Source: a virus (lineage: Duplodnaviria > Heunggongvirae > Uroviricota > Caudoviricetes). From it: 38,209 bases of DNA. The notes under the pieces are model-generated. The model saw only the letters and a program-made list of their open reading frames with translations. It had not been told where the DNA came from and did no database searches. A program made the position numbers and the translations under genes. Where the stretch lies: positions 1 through 38,209 of the IMG/VR virus record IMGVR_UViG_2545824644_000015; one strand, 5' to 3'. Within the stretch, counting starts at the first letter, position 1, and each line of letters starts with the position of its first letter. Below, one piece after another: positions 8,176 to 20,043 of this stretch.

Positions 8176-10008
8176 TCACTGCTGTGTTGCCTCAGTAGCA
8201 AACAGCGGTCTGATGGCATTCGCAGCATTATTTAGCGCTCTTTCATAGGCTGGCGTTCCTGCTTTGGTGTTTGCCAGACGTAAGAGCGCATTCCTGGCCA
8301 TAGGGCTTTCATAAACCCTCGACATAAGGCCAATCCCTGTTTCCCCAGCCAATAGCGCGCCTCCGGTTTTTAGGTTACCAATAACCCTTACCAAAGGCGC
8401 GAGTGTCATGCCAGTCTTCGTCACAACATTAGCCTCAGATGCTCTTTTGGTAGCATCGAGAATAGATAACATCCCCTCTATCTCTTTTCCGTTCTTCCCA
8501 CCAAATACAGTTTTAAACACCTGACCATTTGCTTGTTTTTGCAGTTTGCCAAGCTCGCTCATCATTTTCTGAGGGCTGTCACCTACCTTGTCAGCTATTT
8601 TGCTGATATATGCCGCCCTTAGCATGTCTTTACCTTTTTGATCGAGTTTCCCGTACAATCGAGCTATATCTGACCCATATTGTCCATACACAATGGTATT
8701 TACAGCCTCGGGAGTTAAATCTCCTTTGTTTAGAACGTTTTTAAGGCGCGTTTGAGTTGCATGTGTTGCCATTTTTGCATAATCAGCTTTTCCCGCTCTC
8801 CATGCTGAAGCATCTTTTGGGCTAAGTCCTTTCGCTATAGATTTACTAAGGCTATTGGTTAGCGAGTTATAGACCCTGTCGACCATTGTTTGCGACATTG
8901 ATGGCAGAACTGTACGATCGCCTTTTACGTCAATGCGGAACTGAGTTCTCAGCTTATCAAGTAACTCAAAGGCATCATCTCCATTTGTTATCTCCTGAAT
9001 GGCATTCTTATAATCATTAAGCGCAGAAATGGTCTGGGTGTCAGAAACACCTTTAAGTTTCCCAAGTTCGTTTACTGCTCCGTCGATAGCTCTTATGGCG
9101 CCACTTGTATCAACTGGCTTTCCAACCATTCTTCCTGACAGGCTGTTTAGTTTTGACTTGGCTAACGATTTTTCCCTTGCAACGCCTGACTTTAGACTAT
9201 CAACGACTACAGATGGATCGTAGTCGCCGTATTTTTCGGTGAAGCGATTAACAAGCTTGGTTCTGGCATCCTGCTGTGCGGATCTCATTGGTCCAGTACC
9301 AGCTATGACTCCTTCTGAGTAACCCTGCAGTTGATTGCCAAGTTTTGTTTTTGGAGGAACTACATCCGATGTCATAACTGGTACATCTGCCGCAGCGGCA
9401 CGCTTGAGCAATTGCTGATCTGCTGGTGATATTTCGCCACGAACAGCAGTAATTCCACGCCCTATTCCCTTTGCTGCTGCGGAAAGAACCCCCTGAGCGG
9501 CAAGGTTAACTCCGGCATTTTTAGCTGCATTTTGTGCGAAATCGCCTTTCTGATTTGCGGCCTCTGCCAGTGAGCCAATAGCCATGCTTCCTGCCGTTCC
9601 AACTCCTGGAACTAAATACCCACCAATTGTTTCACCGGCTTGCGCGTAGGGGTCTGTCGGTCGATCGACAGGGCGATAAACATCATCCAAAACCTTGGGG
9701 CCACCAAGCCCTTGGCTGATTGCATTAATCAGACTTGCGCCACCCTGCAATACGTCAAATGGTATGTTTACCAGACCGCGACCAGCCTGCTCTGCAATTT
9801 GCCCTGCACTTTGACCACCTGTGAGCCAATCGCCAGCTTGTTGCATCAATGATAGTTCTTCACGTGCTGGTTCATTATTGGCCTGATTAACTGTTTGTTG
9901 CTGAACAGCCTGACCAGCAAAATACTCATCAATGGCGGTGCCAATATCTTCCGTGCTCGTACCATCAGGGAAGGTAAATGTCTTACCGTTTGCAGTTACT
10001 TTCATCAT
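8176..10008 (-). CDS. Ejection (DNA transfer) protein, P22 gp16-like
   Basis: 610 aa, Gly/Ala-rich; position and size match P22 gp16; N-terminus [22 protein letters not shown]. Confidence 0.8.
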   Translation of the reverse strand: MMKVTANGKTFTFPDGTSTEDIGTAIDEYFAGQAVQQQTVNQANNEPAREELSLMQQAGDWLTGGQSAGQIAEQAGRGLVNIPFDVLQGGASLINAISQGLGGPKVLDDVYRPVDRPTDPYAQAGETIGGYLVPGVGTAGSMAIGSLAEAANQKGDFAQNAAKNAGVNLAAQGVLSAAAKGIGRGITAVRGEISPADQQLLKRAAAADVPVMTSDVVPPKTKLGNQLQGYSEGVIAGTGPMRSAQQDARTKLVNRFTEKYGDYDPSVVVDSLKSGVAREKSLAKSKLNSLSGRMVGKPVDTSGAIRAIDGAVNELGKLKGVSDTQTISALNDYKNAIQEITNGDDAFELLDKLRTQFRIDVKGDRTVLPSMSQTMVDRVYNSLTNSLSKSIAKGLSPKDASAWRAGKADYAKMATHATQTRLKNVLNKGDLTPEAVNTIVYGQYGSDIARLYGKLDQKGKDMLRAAYISKIADKVGDSPQKMMSELGKLQKQANGQVFKTVFGGKNGKEIEGMLSILDATKRASEANVVTKTGMTLAPLVRVIGNLKTGGALLAGETGIGLMSRVYESPMARNALLRLANTKAGTPAYERALNNAANAIRPLFATEATQQ

Positions 10009-11480
10009 TCCACCGTAAATTGAATGCCTGATTTTGAGGTATATGATCCGGATTGACTCTGCTGCTGTTGGGTATTTGTCGGTTGTTGGCTATTGCTCTG
10101 TTGTTGACTATTTGCAGCACTTGAAACCACCAAAGCATCATAAACGCGACCAGACTGACCACGTAATGAGTTATATTGGCCCTGCATTTTTCGCATTTTT
10201 GTTTCAGTAGCAGCCTTGGAATCACCGGGCTGAGGCAGGTACATTTTGGAATACTCCTGCATCTCTGGCAGAGTAATTGCTGCACCTGTTTCTGGGCGCA
10301 AAATTGCATACAATGCGTCTCTCGCATTTACCATATATTGCTGCTCCGCTGGTGATAGGCTTAAATTTGCAATAGTCCCATCACCAAGAGAGCGATTTAT
10401 TAATGCAACTCGCTTAGGGTCAATGCTTTTACTAAGCTGATTCATTGAGTCCATTGAATCTTTTAATCGCAAAGCAAATCCTGCCGCCTTCTTGGAACCC
10501 TCATTAGCCTTATCTATGATGCTTTGCGCTTGTGGCAAGCTAATTGGTTTAATGCCATCACCAGATATAGGTTGGTTTAGTTTTCCGGCTTCCTCGCTGC
10601 CATCGGTGTAATACTTAGTTACCGAGCCATCAGGATTGGTTTCAACCTTAAGTAATTTCTTAGCATTGGGATTAATTCCCGCCGCTGCCGCAAATGCCGC
10701 TGCACCATCTGGATCCGCCTTTAACATTTGCGCGTACTGATTATAATTCTGCATTGCGGCTGTTGGTGCATATGCTGACGTTAACGCATTTGCTCGGCTA
10801 ATATCCTGCCCTCTCGCCTGAAGTGCTTCTCCAGCCTTATTGCTGCGGATTGTCTCTGCCAGCCTGCCTCGGTCAATTTCACGACCAGCCATCTTATCCT
10901 GAACAGCAAACGCCTTTTCTGGTCCAAGCGCACCGAGAGACATAGTAGTCAGCATGTGTGATAGCTGCTCTGGATTCTGGATACCTGTCTGAATCATCCA
11001 GTCAGCATTCGCACCAACGCGATTTAACCTGTCCTTGTTGTCAGTAATGAATTTACTGTAGGCTTCCGGTCCCTGAGAAAGAGCGACGTTAGCCCTCATG
11101 GCTAAATCGCCCATATCGTTGCGTTGCTGCTCATTAAGACCGGAAAACGCCTGTTGTGCCTGCGCAACAAACGCTGGATTTTCCTTGGCAAACTTAAATA
11201 GTCCCGATGGATCACCAGAAGCCCATGCATCAGCATGAACCTTATTGAACGCATTAATCGCTTTCTGTTGCTGTTCCTGCTTATAAATATCAGCAACTCC
11301 AGCCAGACCACGTAACGCGGTCAGACCAACGTTATTTGCACCTGAGCGAGCCAGTTCATTGTTTTCGCGGATCAGACCAAGCGTTGCGTTAATGTCGCTT
11401 GCCTTTGGCGCATTCTCATTTTGCGTACCGATGCCAGCCAGAAAACCACCAGAATTAATACCCTGTTGCCACGTAGCCAT
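10005..11480 (-). CDS. Ejection protein, P22 gp20-like
   Basis: 491 aa, Gln/Ala-rich; gene order and size. Confidence 0.75.
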   Translation of the reverse strand: MATWQQGINSGGFLAGIGTQNENAPKASDINATLGLIRENNELARSGANNVGLTALRGLAGVADIYKQEQQQKAINAFNKVHADAWASGDPSGLFKFAKENPAFVAQAQQAFSGLNEQQRNDMGDLAMRANVALSQGPEAYSKFITDNKDRLNRVGANADWMIQTGIQNPEQLSHMLTTMSLGALGPEKAFAVQDKMAGREIDRGRLAETIRSNKAGEALQARGQDISRANALTSAYAPTAAMQNYNQYAQMLKADPDGAAAFAAAAGINPNAKKLLKVETNPDGSVTKYYTDGSEEAGKLNQPISGDGIKPISLPQAQSIIDKANEGSKKAAGFALRLKDSMDSMNQLSKSIDPKRVALINRSLGDGTIANLSLSPAEQQYMVNARDALYAILRPETGAAITLPEMQEYSKMYLPQPGDSKAATETKMRKMQGQYNSLRGQSGRVYDALVVSSAANSQQQSNSQQPTNTQQQQSQSGSYTSKSGIQFTVE

Positions 11481-11489
11481 GATTACCCC

Positions 11490-12182
11490 TTAAAACAACG
11501 AGCCAAGCAGACCAAGACCGCCGCCGATCGCAGCCCCCCACGGAGTGGATGAACCAATTAATTTCGCAAGTCCAGCCCCAGCAATAGCACCAGACGCACC
11601 TCCGCCAATAGCAGATTGCATTGCTGATGGTCTGTTGGCATTTGCCGCTGCAAGAGCCGCACTTTGCTGCGAAATCTGACTCATGTTGTTGGCATATGTC
11701 TGCCCGGCGTTTGCCTGACCTTGCAGTGCGCCAAGACCAACATTTGCCAGATTCTGGTAGTTGTTCATCTGACCAGATAGCCATTGCTGACCAAGCGTTG
11801 GTGCGATTGTTGCTAACTGATTACTGGTTGCGGTGGAACCCAATCCACCTGTTGCTTCCGCTGCCGCCAGACTCTGATAGCGAGCCTGACCAGCAAGATC
11901 TTTGTACTGCTGAGAGTTGTAATACTGGTTAAGTGCCTGACCTTGCCCTTCCAGAGACGATAAGTTCTCGAGGCTTCCGACATACTTATCAGCCAGAGGA
12001 GTAAACGGCTTCAGGTTGTTCATGATGGTGTTGAACTGCTGATTTTGCAGGTCTGCGGCATACTTCTGAGCTTCTGCGGCATACTTTGCGCTTTTATCAG
12101 AACTGCCACCTTTCCCGCCTTTTTCAGGGCAATAAGGTTCCTCGCCGCGCAGTTTTCTGCCCAGCTTAAATGCATATAACAT
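11490..12182 (-). CDS. Ejection protein, P22 gp7-like
   Basis: 230 aa; Gly/Ala/Gln-rich with hydrophobic glycine-rich C-terminus; order/size. Confidence 0.75.
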   Translation of the reverse strand: MLYAFKLGRKLRGEEPYCPEKGGKGGSSDKSAKYAAEAQKYAADLQNQQFNTIMNNLKPFTPLADKYVGSLENLSSLEGQGQALNQYYNSQQYKDLAGQARYQSLAAAEATGGLGSTATSNQLATIAPTLGQQWLSGQMNNYQNLANVGLGALQGQANAGQTYANNMSQISQQSAALAAANANRPSAMQSAIGGGASGAIAGAGLAKLIGSSTPWGAAIGGGLGLLGSLF

Positions 12183-12184
12183 GG

Positions 12185-12643
12185 CTATCTCCCGTGATTC
12201 AGGAAGTCGATTAGTTCTTCGCGTGTAGCACTGTAAAATGTCACGTCATCCACGCCTTTGAAGTATTTCTTGATGGTTCCGACACGCTTAAGGCCAATCA
12301 TTGCGCAGTAAATCTGCCCGTGGCGGAATTTGCGTGCGGCGAACGATGTGACGCACTGAACGGTGGTGTTAGTCAGAATGTATCGCCAGAACGCCAGCCC
12401 GATTTCCTTGCTGAAGCCGCGAACCTCTGGCAGGTACATGGCGTGGCAATCGAATGTCAGCGGCTGAATCTCCTGATAGTAAACAATGCCGCCGAACTGC
12501 CCGTGCACGTTCACCTCAAAGTAACGGCAATCATGTTTATAGTCGTATCCATCACCGTTGTTGCTCCCGGCAATAATGTCAGGGTGATTTCCGACTGCTT
12601 CGATCAAGTCGATGTTTCGCGTTGGTTTGAACTGAATCATCAC
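12185..12643 (-). CDS. Virion protein in P22 gp14 position
   Basis: 152 aa between tail needle and gp7-like genes; assignment by synteny only. Confidence 0.5.
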   Translation of the reverse strand: MMIQFKPTRNIDLIEAVGNHPDIIAGSNNGDGYDYKHDCRYFEVNVHGQFGGIVYYQEIQPLTFDCHAMYLPEVRGFSKEIGLAFWRYILTNTTVQCVTSFAARKFRHGQIYCAMIGLKRVGTIKKYFKGVDDVTFYSATREELIDFLNHGR

Positions 12644-13488
12644 TGCTCCGCGATTATCTTGATGGTTGTGGCAGTAAACGCCGCACCATTTGACTGGATG
12701 GTTAACGTACTGCCATTTGTGGCAAGAAATCCGTCTTTATCCACGCTGAAGAACGTAGCTAACAGGATGTTGTCGGTTGTTGTCGCCGCATTACGACTGC
12801 TAACCAGTGTGTCAGGAACAGAGCCGGAAAATGTTAGCTGCATTGACCTGTTGGTGGTTCCGCTGGGCCACGTCCCGACGATCGACAGCTTGAAGAACAA
12901 GGTTTTGTTCTCGTTGAACACAACCATCTTGTTGTTAACAGTGTCAAAGAATGGTGCCAACGTCCCGGATGACGGCGTGAGCGTTTTCAGCAGGCTAACA
13001 AGGTTGGTCGGCGCTGTCGGGATGGTTACAGATACACCAGAGTAAACAACCTCTGACTTCTTGCGTGTGGTTGCATACTCCAGAGCATCAATGCGCGTTT
13101 CATGGTCTGAAACCTGCGACTCCAGCGACTGAACTCTGGTATCAAGCGACGCAATATCGCTTTCATTCTGAGCGATTCGCGTTTCATGTTCCTGAAGAGT
13201 TGATTCTGCCTGGCTGATTCGCTCCTCATGATTAACAAGCGTTGCTTCCGCAGCAGAAATTCGCTGCTCATGGTCAGCGAGAATCACATCCTGCTCATCG
13301 TTCCTGACTTGTGCATCATAAGCGCCCTGTCCGGCCTCGTTGGCCTTGCTAGCCACATTACCAACATCAGTACCCTGTGCAATAACGTACAACAGATATG
13401 ACTGCGAGAAGATATTGCGTGGAAGGACTGATGTGTCGAGTCGTGTAGCCTGAATGATTACCGGCACATTGAGATTCGAATCCGCCAT
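12640..13488 (-). CDS. Tail needle protein (gp26-like, Sf6-type with C-terminal knob)
   Basis: 282 aa; trimeric coiled-coil heptads ([37 protein letters not shown]) followed by a C-terminal globular domain. Confidence 0.85.
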   Translation of the reverse strand: MADSNLNVPVIIQATRLDTSVLPRNIFSQSYLLYVIAQGTDVGNVASKANEAGQGAYDAQVRNDEQDVILADHEQRISAAEATLVNHEERISQAESTLQEHETRIAQNESDIASLDTRVQSLESQVSDHETRIDALEYATTRKKSEVVYSGVSVTIPTAPTNLVSLLKTLTPSSGTLAPFFDTVNNKMVVFNENKTLFFKLSIVGTWPSGTTNRSMQLTFSGSVPDTLVSSRNAATTTDNILLATFFSVDKDGFLATNGSTLTIQSNGAAFTATTIKIIAEQ

Positions 13489-14906
13489 TACTCAATCCTT
13501 ATCTGGCAGCCAGACAGAGTGACAGGTGACTTCGTGATAACGCGCAATTTGAAGCCAACATTTTTCCTGATTCGCCCGACACGCTTCCACAAAACACGTT
13601 TGTCATAAACGAACGGTTCATTCTGCTCAATCATCTGCTCACGCCCGTAATTGATGCCGTCAGTGGTTGCAGAGAGGAACAGGCGGTCGGCGTACTGAGC
13701 TACGCCAGTGGATGATTCCACCTCCAGATCGAAGCATCTGGCGTTATCCGCTTTGAACAGTGGAGTAAACAGCAGGTGTTCCTGTTGAAGCCCATACTGA
13801 CTGCTGATATCGAACTGCAATTTCCCGGTCACCGATTCCAGCTTATCGCCGCACGTTATCTGATTTCCTTCGTAAATGAAGTCGATAGCGCGGTACACAT
13901 CGTCATACAGGCCTGTTTTCAGTACACACCATTGCGGACCATTGGCACTTGAAGATGCGTCGTATACGAGGACATGGCGCGGAAGATGGATAATCAGCAG
14001 CTCATGCGCATCAAATCGCAGCGATTCCATCACGCCATCAGCCAGTTCATCAGCAGTGTAGGAGCGGAGGATTTTCTCAATGCTCGCGCTGGCGATTGGT
14101 GACACCTGACCGGATCCGATGATGTATACAGACGGCGCACCTGTTGCCGGATTGCTGATGAACGCATAGGAATCAGCAAACGGCGTTTTGCAGTAAGTCC
14201 CGGCGATTCCTTTTTGCACCATCAACGATGGCTGGGCGACATACAAAGCGGCACCAACAGTGGTTGCGCCCGTCAGGGAGAAATATTCAATAGTCGATGA
14301 ACCAAAGCAGACTATGAAGTCTCGCCATGTACCTATGCCGATGATGCCGTCAGGCTGCGACTCTGCGCGATATTGTGCGCTGTATCGGTCAGGATGTGAT
14401 TCGTCTTCAGGGTCAGTGATAAACCATGAATCAGTGCCGTCTTTTGACCACGCATAACGCCCACGTAAGCGCGTAATGTCGCGGACTGAACCTAACTCAT
14501 ACTGCGTGAATCCGCTGTCTGTAGGCCAGTTTGAGACTGTTTTAACCGTGCCATCATAACGATACTCTACCAGTTGACCATTAACGCCTACCGCCTGTGA
14601 TGTCCGACCATGCGCCATTGATACGCGACCACTTCCGGCAACATCACCGACTTCACTTTCGCCTTTGTAAAGCTTCCCACCACACACGCGATAAACAGCA
14701 TTCTGCGCCATGTTGTACTCGACGCCGCGAGATACGCCGTTCACATCAGAACGTTTGGCAATGCCCGGGAATGAGCGAAGATATCCGCTGCTGTTCAGGA
14801 TTTCTTTGGGTGTAGCCAACATATTCACTGGCAGATAGTCGATATAGTCGGCGTTTCGAAAGTCTTTGCCGACGCCTTTCATGAGCGGAAGTTGCTGAAT
14901 CGGCAT
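13488..14906 (-). CDS. Tail hub / tail accessory protein (P22 gp10-like)
   Basis: 472 aa, same length as P22 gp10 as remembered; synteny. Confidence 0.8.
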   Translation of the reverse strand: MPIQQLPLMKGVGKDFRNADYIDYLPVNMLATPKEILNSSGYLRSFPGIAKRSDVNGVSRGVEYNMAQNAVYRVCGGKLYKGESEVGDVAGSGRVSMAHGRTSQAVGVNGQLVEYRYDGTVKTVSNWPTDSGFTQYELGSVRDITRLRGRYAWSKDGTDSWFITDPEDESHPDRYSAQYRAESQPDGIIGIGTWRDFIVCFGSSTIEYFSLTGATTVGAALYVAQPSLMVQKGIAGTYCKTPFADSYAFISNPATGAPSVYIIGSGQVSPIASASIEKILRSYTADELADGVMESLRFDAHELLIIHLPRHVLVYDASSSANGPQWCVLKTGLYDDVYRAIDFIYEGNQITCGDKLESVTGKLQFDISSQYGLQQEHLLFTPLFKADNARCFDLEVESSTGVAQYADRLFLSATTDGINYGREQMIEQNEPFVYDKRVLWKRVGRIRKNVGFKLRVITKSPVTLSGCQIRIE

Positions 14907-14915
14907 TTATTCACC

Positions 14916-15377
14916 TCACGTACTCGGATCATCTTTCTCGATGTAAAACCGATTCCACGTAAACGCGCTTTTGTTACCACTACCGCGAGGCATGTCATTT
15001 CGCCGCTCAAGTGGTGGTATTTTGGTTAAAGCGATACAGATTGTTTGATATGCACTGTCAGCAGCGGTAAGGAGAGCGTCCGACGGCTGAATGACATTAT
15101 CCATGCACACTTGCACAGCGAGTTTCAAAGCGACGCCATCATTTGCCCATGCAGGGATACCTGAATCATCGTCAGGTAACGGCATGATGCCGTTTTCTGT
15201 ATCAGCAAACTGATACCCAAGCTCGATACCTTTCGCCTGCCATGCTGCCATCATGTCTTCGAGGTCATTAATGGCATCTTCAATTGCCTGAGGGTCAGCA
15301 TCTGTCAACGTGGCATTGGAATACAGCCCGGCTTTTCGTAAAGCCTTTAGAACGAGATCACCCTTCGTTTTCGCCAT
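14916..15377 (-). CDS. Head-to-tail adaptor (P22 gp4-like)
   Basis: 153 aa between coat-side small ORF and gp10-like; synteny. Confidence 0.7.
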   Translation of the reverse strand: MAKTKGDLVLKALRKAGLYSNATLTDADPQAIEDAINDLEDMMAAWQAKGIELGYQFADTENGIMPLPDDDSGIPAWANDGVALKLAVQVCMDNVIQPSDALLTAADSAYQTICIALTKIPPLERRNDMPRGSGNKSAFTWNRFYIEKDDPST

Positions 15378-15585
15378 CTTCTTCCGCCTTAGCCACTTTT
15401 TGCTTCGTTGCGGTTTCTTCAGGAGTTTTTACCCAGCCTTTTTTCAGGTGAGATTTAACTTCTTCGTCATCAACAATGATGTAATCGACGGCAAACTGAC
15501 CGCAGGTGATCATGTTGCCAGGCTTATAGAGCATTGTTCGTGCCATTGTCTTCTCCCAATAAAAATGGGGCCGAAGCCCCACCAA
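15358..15585 (-). CDS. Small hypothetical protein between coat and gp4-like genes
   Basis: 75 aa ORF co-directional with late operon. Confidence 0.45.
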   Translation of the reverse strand: MVGLRPHFYWEKTMARTMLYKPGNMITCGQFAVDYIIVDDEEVKSHLKKGWVKTPEETATKQKVAKAEEDGENEG

Positions 15586-15587
15586 AA

Positions 15588-16841
15588 TTACTGCCCGGCA
15601 ATAACGATGCCCGTATATTCAGGAACAAGTACAGAGCAACCGTACAGAGTGGTGAAACGAGCAGTGGTTACGCCTTTGATGTGGTCGAAGGCGTAAGACA
15701 TGATCAGCGTAGCGCCCTGCTCGGTGGTTGCTGTCATTACCTGTGGACCCTGACCAGTCGGGAACGCCAGTTTTCCGTACATCAGCTCAACAGAACCATC
15801 AGCCCAGAACAGGTTAGCCGGTGCAGCATTCTTGTTGAGAATGGTGATTGCTGCGCTATTTGCCGCGTTAGCATCAACGTTTGCATATGGTCGGCTGGCG
15901 ACATCCGCGTTGTCAGGCGGCAGAATTTTCGGGGAGATAGTTACTGTCGTTCCGCTAACTGCCAGAACGCGGAATACCTGCGGCTGCCCGGTAGTATCTT
16001 TGGTGATCTGGTGTACAGAATTCACGCCAGCAATGGTGAATGCATCGCCAACCTGCAAACCTTCAGCAGATACCGTAATGGTCCCCTGTCGGTTATCCAC
16101 TGGCATATCGTTAGCATCTTTCGCTTCAACCTTGTGCGCAGGTGCTGCTGCCAGCGTAATGGAAGTTGCTGTACCCTTCGGAACACGACCAGAAATATCG
16201 GTCTTGTAGCTATCGAAGGACGCAACCGGAGGGATCTGCGCTTTTTCGTATGCTGTCAGGGTTGCGCCCTGAGCATAGGCACGGTGACCAAGCTCGCCAG
16301 CAAGGTCTTTGTAGTTGAAGGGGTTCCAGAAAGAGCGGCGGTTGATACCCTGTGGTACACCAATCGCCGTCATAGTGGCATCAATACCTGCCGCACAGTT
16401 CCACAAATCACGGCCCTGTGAACCAGTGGTTGAGTCAGCCATTGTGATCACGTTAGTAGCACGCTGCGTGACCATGGAAATCAGGTCAGAGTCAATCTGT
16501 GCAGCAAGGCGCATACCTGCGGCGCGACCAGCTTCAGTTTTATGTTCCGGGTCACGCATTTCACGCGCATCCAGAGTGTACAGAATGTTTTTCGGCTCCT
16601 TGAACACTGAAGGAACAAGGCGCTGAACCAGTGCTGTTGGTGTTTTGCTGCTGAGATCGAGGCCTTCCTCAATGTTCATGTGGTAATGCTGCGGACGATA
16701 CAGAACATCACCTGCTCGCTGCATTGCTGTATCACCGGGACGGAATTTTTTAGCGTTACGGGAAACTACGCAGGCGGCCTCAAAGCCTTCAACGTAGTTT
16801 TCGAACATGATTTCAAGGTCTTTTGCTAATTGGTTATCCAT
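15588..16841 (-). CDS. Major capsid (coat) protein
   Basis: 417 aa; immediately downstream of scaffolding gene; size matches Sf6/P22 coat. Confidence 0.85.
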   Translation of the reverse strand: MDNQLAKDLEIMFENYVEGFEAACVVSRNAKKFRPGDTAMQRAGDVLYRPQHYHMNIEEGLDLSSKTPTALVQRLVPSVFKEPKNILYTLDAREMRDPEHKTEAGRAAGMRLAAQIDSDLISMVTQRATNVITMADSTTGSQGRDLWNCAAGIDATMTAIGVPQGINRRSFWNPFNYKDLAGELGHRAYAQGATLTAYEKAQIPPVASFDSYKTDISGRVPKGTATSITLAAAPAHKVEAKDANDMPVDNRQGTITVSAEGLQVGDAFTIAGVNSVHQITKDTTGQPQVFRVLAVSGTTVTISPKILPPDNADVASRPYANVDANAANSAAITILNKNAAPANLFWADGSVELMYGKLAFPTGQGPQVMTATTEQGATLIMSYAFDHIKGVTTARFTTLYGCSVLVPEYTGIVIAGQ

Positions 16842-16859
16842 GCTTAATGCTCCGATAGG

Positions 16860-17753
16860 TTATTTTTTTGCCTTTTTAGCGGCGAAATACGGCGTCCAGT
16901 CACCAGTTTCCAGCGCCTTGGCTTTCAGTTTGTCGAGGTTGTTGATTACTGCGCCGTTGCTCCCCTTAACTGTCGGGGTTGTGGCTGCCGTGGTTTTTGC
17001 TTTTGGCATGATTCTGGCCTTAGATTCGATACGTTCCAGCAGACGACCAATTGCTACGGGGTTGGTAGCTTCTGCCAGTTGCTTGCGCAGTTCAGCGTTG
17101 CGACCGAGCGCCAGAACAACGATTTCCGGCTTCTCTGACTCAAACAGGATCGCGTTTTGTGTCTCGATGGGGATTTCCTCGAGTACGGCCTGCTCAGCTT
17201 CCTGATAGCCAGGAACTTTGAGGGCCTTAACACGTTGCTGATATTTGGATAATCGCTCTTGATAGGCAGCCTGAAGCTCCTGCTCCTTCTGCTTGCGAGC
17301 CATCTCCTGTTGCTGGTACTTGCCGTTATCCTCTGCCCACTTAGCCATGCGTTGCTGGTAGATTTCTTCATCGAAACCGATGTCCTCATCATCCAGTTTT
17401 GGCATTCGCGGTGGTTGAGTGATTACCGGCTGCTGCTCGACGGGTTTCTGAGACTGACGCATCAGCTCTTTCAGCTCACGGTCTTTCTCTTTAATCGTCT
17501 TGCGCAGGTGTTTTACCAGTCCATGCTCTGCGCCATCTTCGCTGGTTGGCGAATCCAGCTTTTCGTCACCAAAGTAGAATTCCTGTTCTGATTCGTCGTC
17601 ATCAGTTTCAGTAGCTTCCTCTGCATCATTGCCGGAGGACTCACTGCCATCTTCTGTTTCGACTTCTTCAGCCAGTTCGACATCATCAGGAATCTGCTCT
17701 GACGCGTCGGTTTCGATTTCAACTTCTGGTGTGTTTTCTGCCATCTGGTCCAT
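16860..17753 (-). CDS. Scaffolding protein
   Basis: 297 aa, highly acidic N-terminus, charged coiled-coil; between portal and coat. Confidence 0.85.
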   Translation of the reverse strand: MDQMAENTPEVEIETDASEQIPDDVELAEEVETEDGSESSGNDAEEATETDDDESEQEFYFGDEKLDSPTSEDGAEHGLVKHLRKTIKEKDRELKELMRQSQKPVEQQPVITQPPRMPKLDDEDIGFDEEIYQQRMAKWAEDNGKYQQQEMARKQKEQELQAAYQERLSKYQQRVKALKVPGYQEAEQAVLEEIPIETQNAILFESEKPEIVVLALGRNAELRKQLAEATNPVAIGRLLERIESKARIMPKAKTTAATTPTVKGSNGAVINNLDKLKAKALETGDWTPYFAAKKAKK

Positions 17754-17843
17754 TTGTTACCCCTGTTTACTCGATGTTCAGCCCATCGGAAGGCAATAGG
17801 GTGCCAGGCCTCATAAAGACAGCCATTGCACGTTATGGGTTAA

Positions 17844-20042
17844 TTACTGCTGTGGTTGTTGCTGAGTTGATTTTTGCAGGATGCTGCTGATGTCCATGCG
17901 CTGCGCATGGCCCTGTGCCTGACTTTTCAGGACAAGCTCTGCATCAGCACGGGCATTATCTCCTTGCTGTTGCTGGAACTGTCCGAGCAGTTTCAGCGCC
18001 TCACGGATATCAGATTTTTGCTGGCTATCGGCAGATGCGAGGATTTTCACAACATTTGCCGCAGCAACCTGAGCATCCGTCTGTGCCTGGAATGCTTTAA
18101 CCTGAATGGCTGCTTGTTCGTTCTGCGCTTTCTGCAATTCAGCCTGACCAGCAAGAAGCTGACCTTGCGCAGCAACCATAGCCGGATCTGGCTGACTGGC
18201 CTGTTGTTGTTTCGCCTGCTCAACCATCTGCTGTTCTTCTGGTGTTCTCGGCTTGATAACTCCAGACAGAAGCAACTGATTGCGGTTGTATTCTTTAAGG
18301 TCGTCCATCCCTTCGCCGTCCATATTGTCGAGAATCATCGACGATACAAGGTCGTGCTTCGGCGTTCCTGGTGGGATAAGTGCCAGCATGGAAAGTAACG
18401 ACTTAACCGTTGCATCACGGCGAGTAGCGAACGACTGACCAACATCGACAGTCACTTCATAGTTACCCTGCGAAAGGTCGTTAAGCGCGATAACCTGCCC
18501 TGTCTGACGGTCAACCACTTCACCAGTCATCAGCGCCACGTCATCGCTGCCGTCCTCATTAACGATACGCATCGGCGTATCACTGCCATAGACCTCACGC
18601 GCCATAGAAAGCCACACGACGCCAGCGCGGCGCATGGATTTAGCCATGTTGTCCATGTAGATATAGGACTGCGTGTCCATCCGGTTAAAGATGCTATCAA
18701 CGGTATCGGTAGCGACGTTGCTCGGCATGTTCTCAAGCTGCGACGCACCCGTAATTTGCTGAATAGCAGTTCCGGTGTACTGCAACAGCCCGGCAAGTGC
18801 GGGGGGCATTTGTGTTGGAGGAGTCCAGCCAGCAACCTGTGCCTCTGAAATGACCGTTCCGTTTTTGTCCTTCTTGCTGGTCATGGGAAGAACTGCAGGT
18901 CTTTTCTTATTCCTCTCTGCCCAGTGATTCATTAATGGACCGGGAATGAAATCAACATCCACGATAGGAATGCCATCACCGCCAGCCTGAGTAGCGTTAT
19001 CTGCAATCATGGAAACCATCAGGTTCTCAAGACGCTGTGCATCCATCGCTTTTGCAGCGTGGCCTTCGATTCGCTCCTGATTATCAACAAATGAGCGACG
19101 CCCATATACCGGGATGAGAGGAATATGTTCGCCCGGAATACGCTTCGGTTCTTCCAGCCATTCAGCGCCAGACAGAAGGCCGCAATAAACGCGGCGTTTC
19201 TTCACTGTCCGCTCGCCAATCAGTTCGAATGCGCCATCGGTCAGCTCGTCAACAACATCTTTGATTTGCTCTTCATCATAGATTGCCGTTTCTCCGCTAA
19301 CAGGGTTGCGCCACGCCGTGAGCTTCACCTTCTCTATGCGAACTTCGTAGTAGCGTCCAACATAGATGGCATCGGGCGTTGACCAGTCATACTGAGTACC
19401 AGTGTCATCACGAGAAAGGCTTGCCGCGATGGAATCAGGGTATTCAGCCTCGAACGCTTTAGGCGTCATGGAGAACATTTCCATAGCCCACATAGCATCA
19501 GAGCGGTCATATTGCTTGCTGTCCTGATCGAAGAAGACGCATGTCGCTGGGTCGTAAACAGGAAGAAGACTGATGCGTCGCTGCTCGTTACTCGGATCCA
19601 TTTCATCTTCGTAATCGGCACACATGCGGAAACAACCGAATCCACCCGTTACGGCATCATCAAATGCGTTATCACACGCTTCGCCACCGGATGTTTCCTG
19701 ATAGTCAGCGCGGAATTTGCCGTTCATTTTTTCGGCTAACGCTTCCGATGCCTTATCGTCCTTCGGCCTGAATTTAACGCTGATGCGATTCTGTCGATAC
19801 TCGCCAATGATGCGATCACATTCACGGGCAATCTTATTCAGTTCAAAGCGCGGGTAATGCTCAAACCTGCCTTCATCAAATGAGTAACCAGCGTTTGTGC
19901 TGCCTTCCCACTGTGCGCCGGATACCCGGACGAAACGTTGAGCCTCAATAATCTGCTCACGCATATCCTGCGTTGCTGACCAGGCATTATCAAAGTTGCA
20001 CAGCACCTTGCGATGCCAGTCAGTCATCTTTTTTTCTGCCAT
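17844..20042 (-). CDS. Portal protein
   Basis: 732 aa downstream of large terminase; Gln-rich coiled-coil C-terminal barrel typical of P22-like portals. Confidence 0.9.
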   Translation of the reverse strand: MAEKKMTDWHRKVLCNFDNAWSATQDMREQIIEAQRFVRVSGAQWEGSTNAGYSFDEGRFEHYPRFELNKIARECDRIIGEYRQNRISVKFRPKDDKASEALAEKMNGKFRADYQETSGGEACDNAFDDAVTGGFGCFRMCADYEDEMDPSNEQRRISLLPVYDPATCVFFDQDSKQYDRSDAMWAMEMFSMTPKAFEAEYPDSIAASLSRDDTGTQYDWSTPDAIYVGRYYEVRIEKVKLTAWRNPVSGETAIYDEEQIKDVVDELTDGAFELIGERTVKKRRVYCGLLSGAEWLEEPKRIPGEHIPLIPVYGRRSFVDNQERIEGHAAKAMDAQRLENLMVSMIADNATQAGGDGIPIVDVDFIPGPLMNHWAERNKKRPAVLPMTSKKDKNGTVISEAQVAGWTPPTQMPPALAGLLQYTGTAIQQITGASQLENMPSNVATDTVDSIFNRMDTQSYIYMDNMAKSMRRAGVVWLSMAREVYGSDTPMRIVNEDGSDDVALMTGEVVDRQTGQVIALNDLSQGNYEVTVDVGQSFATRRDATVKSLLSMLALIPPGTPKHDLVSSMILDNMDGEGMDDLKEYNRNQLLLSGVIKPRTPEEQQMVEQAKQQQASQPDPAMVAAQGQLLAGQAELQKAQNEQAAIQVKAFQAQTDAQVAAANVVKILASADSQQKSDIREALKLLGQFQQQQGDNARADAELVLKSQAQGHAQRMDISSILQKSTQQQPQQ

Positions 20043-20043
20043 A

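Noticed and set aside
12320-13045. 241-aa plus-strand ORF
   Set aside because: Antisense to the gp14-like and tail-needle genes; no RBS, implausible composition.
15534-16421. 295-aa plus-strand ORF
   Set aside because: Entirely antisense to the coat gene; Cys/Arg-rich low-complexity translation typical of a shadow ORF.
17874-18398. 174-aa plus-strand ORF
   Set aside because: Antisense to portal gene.
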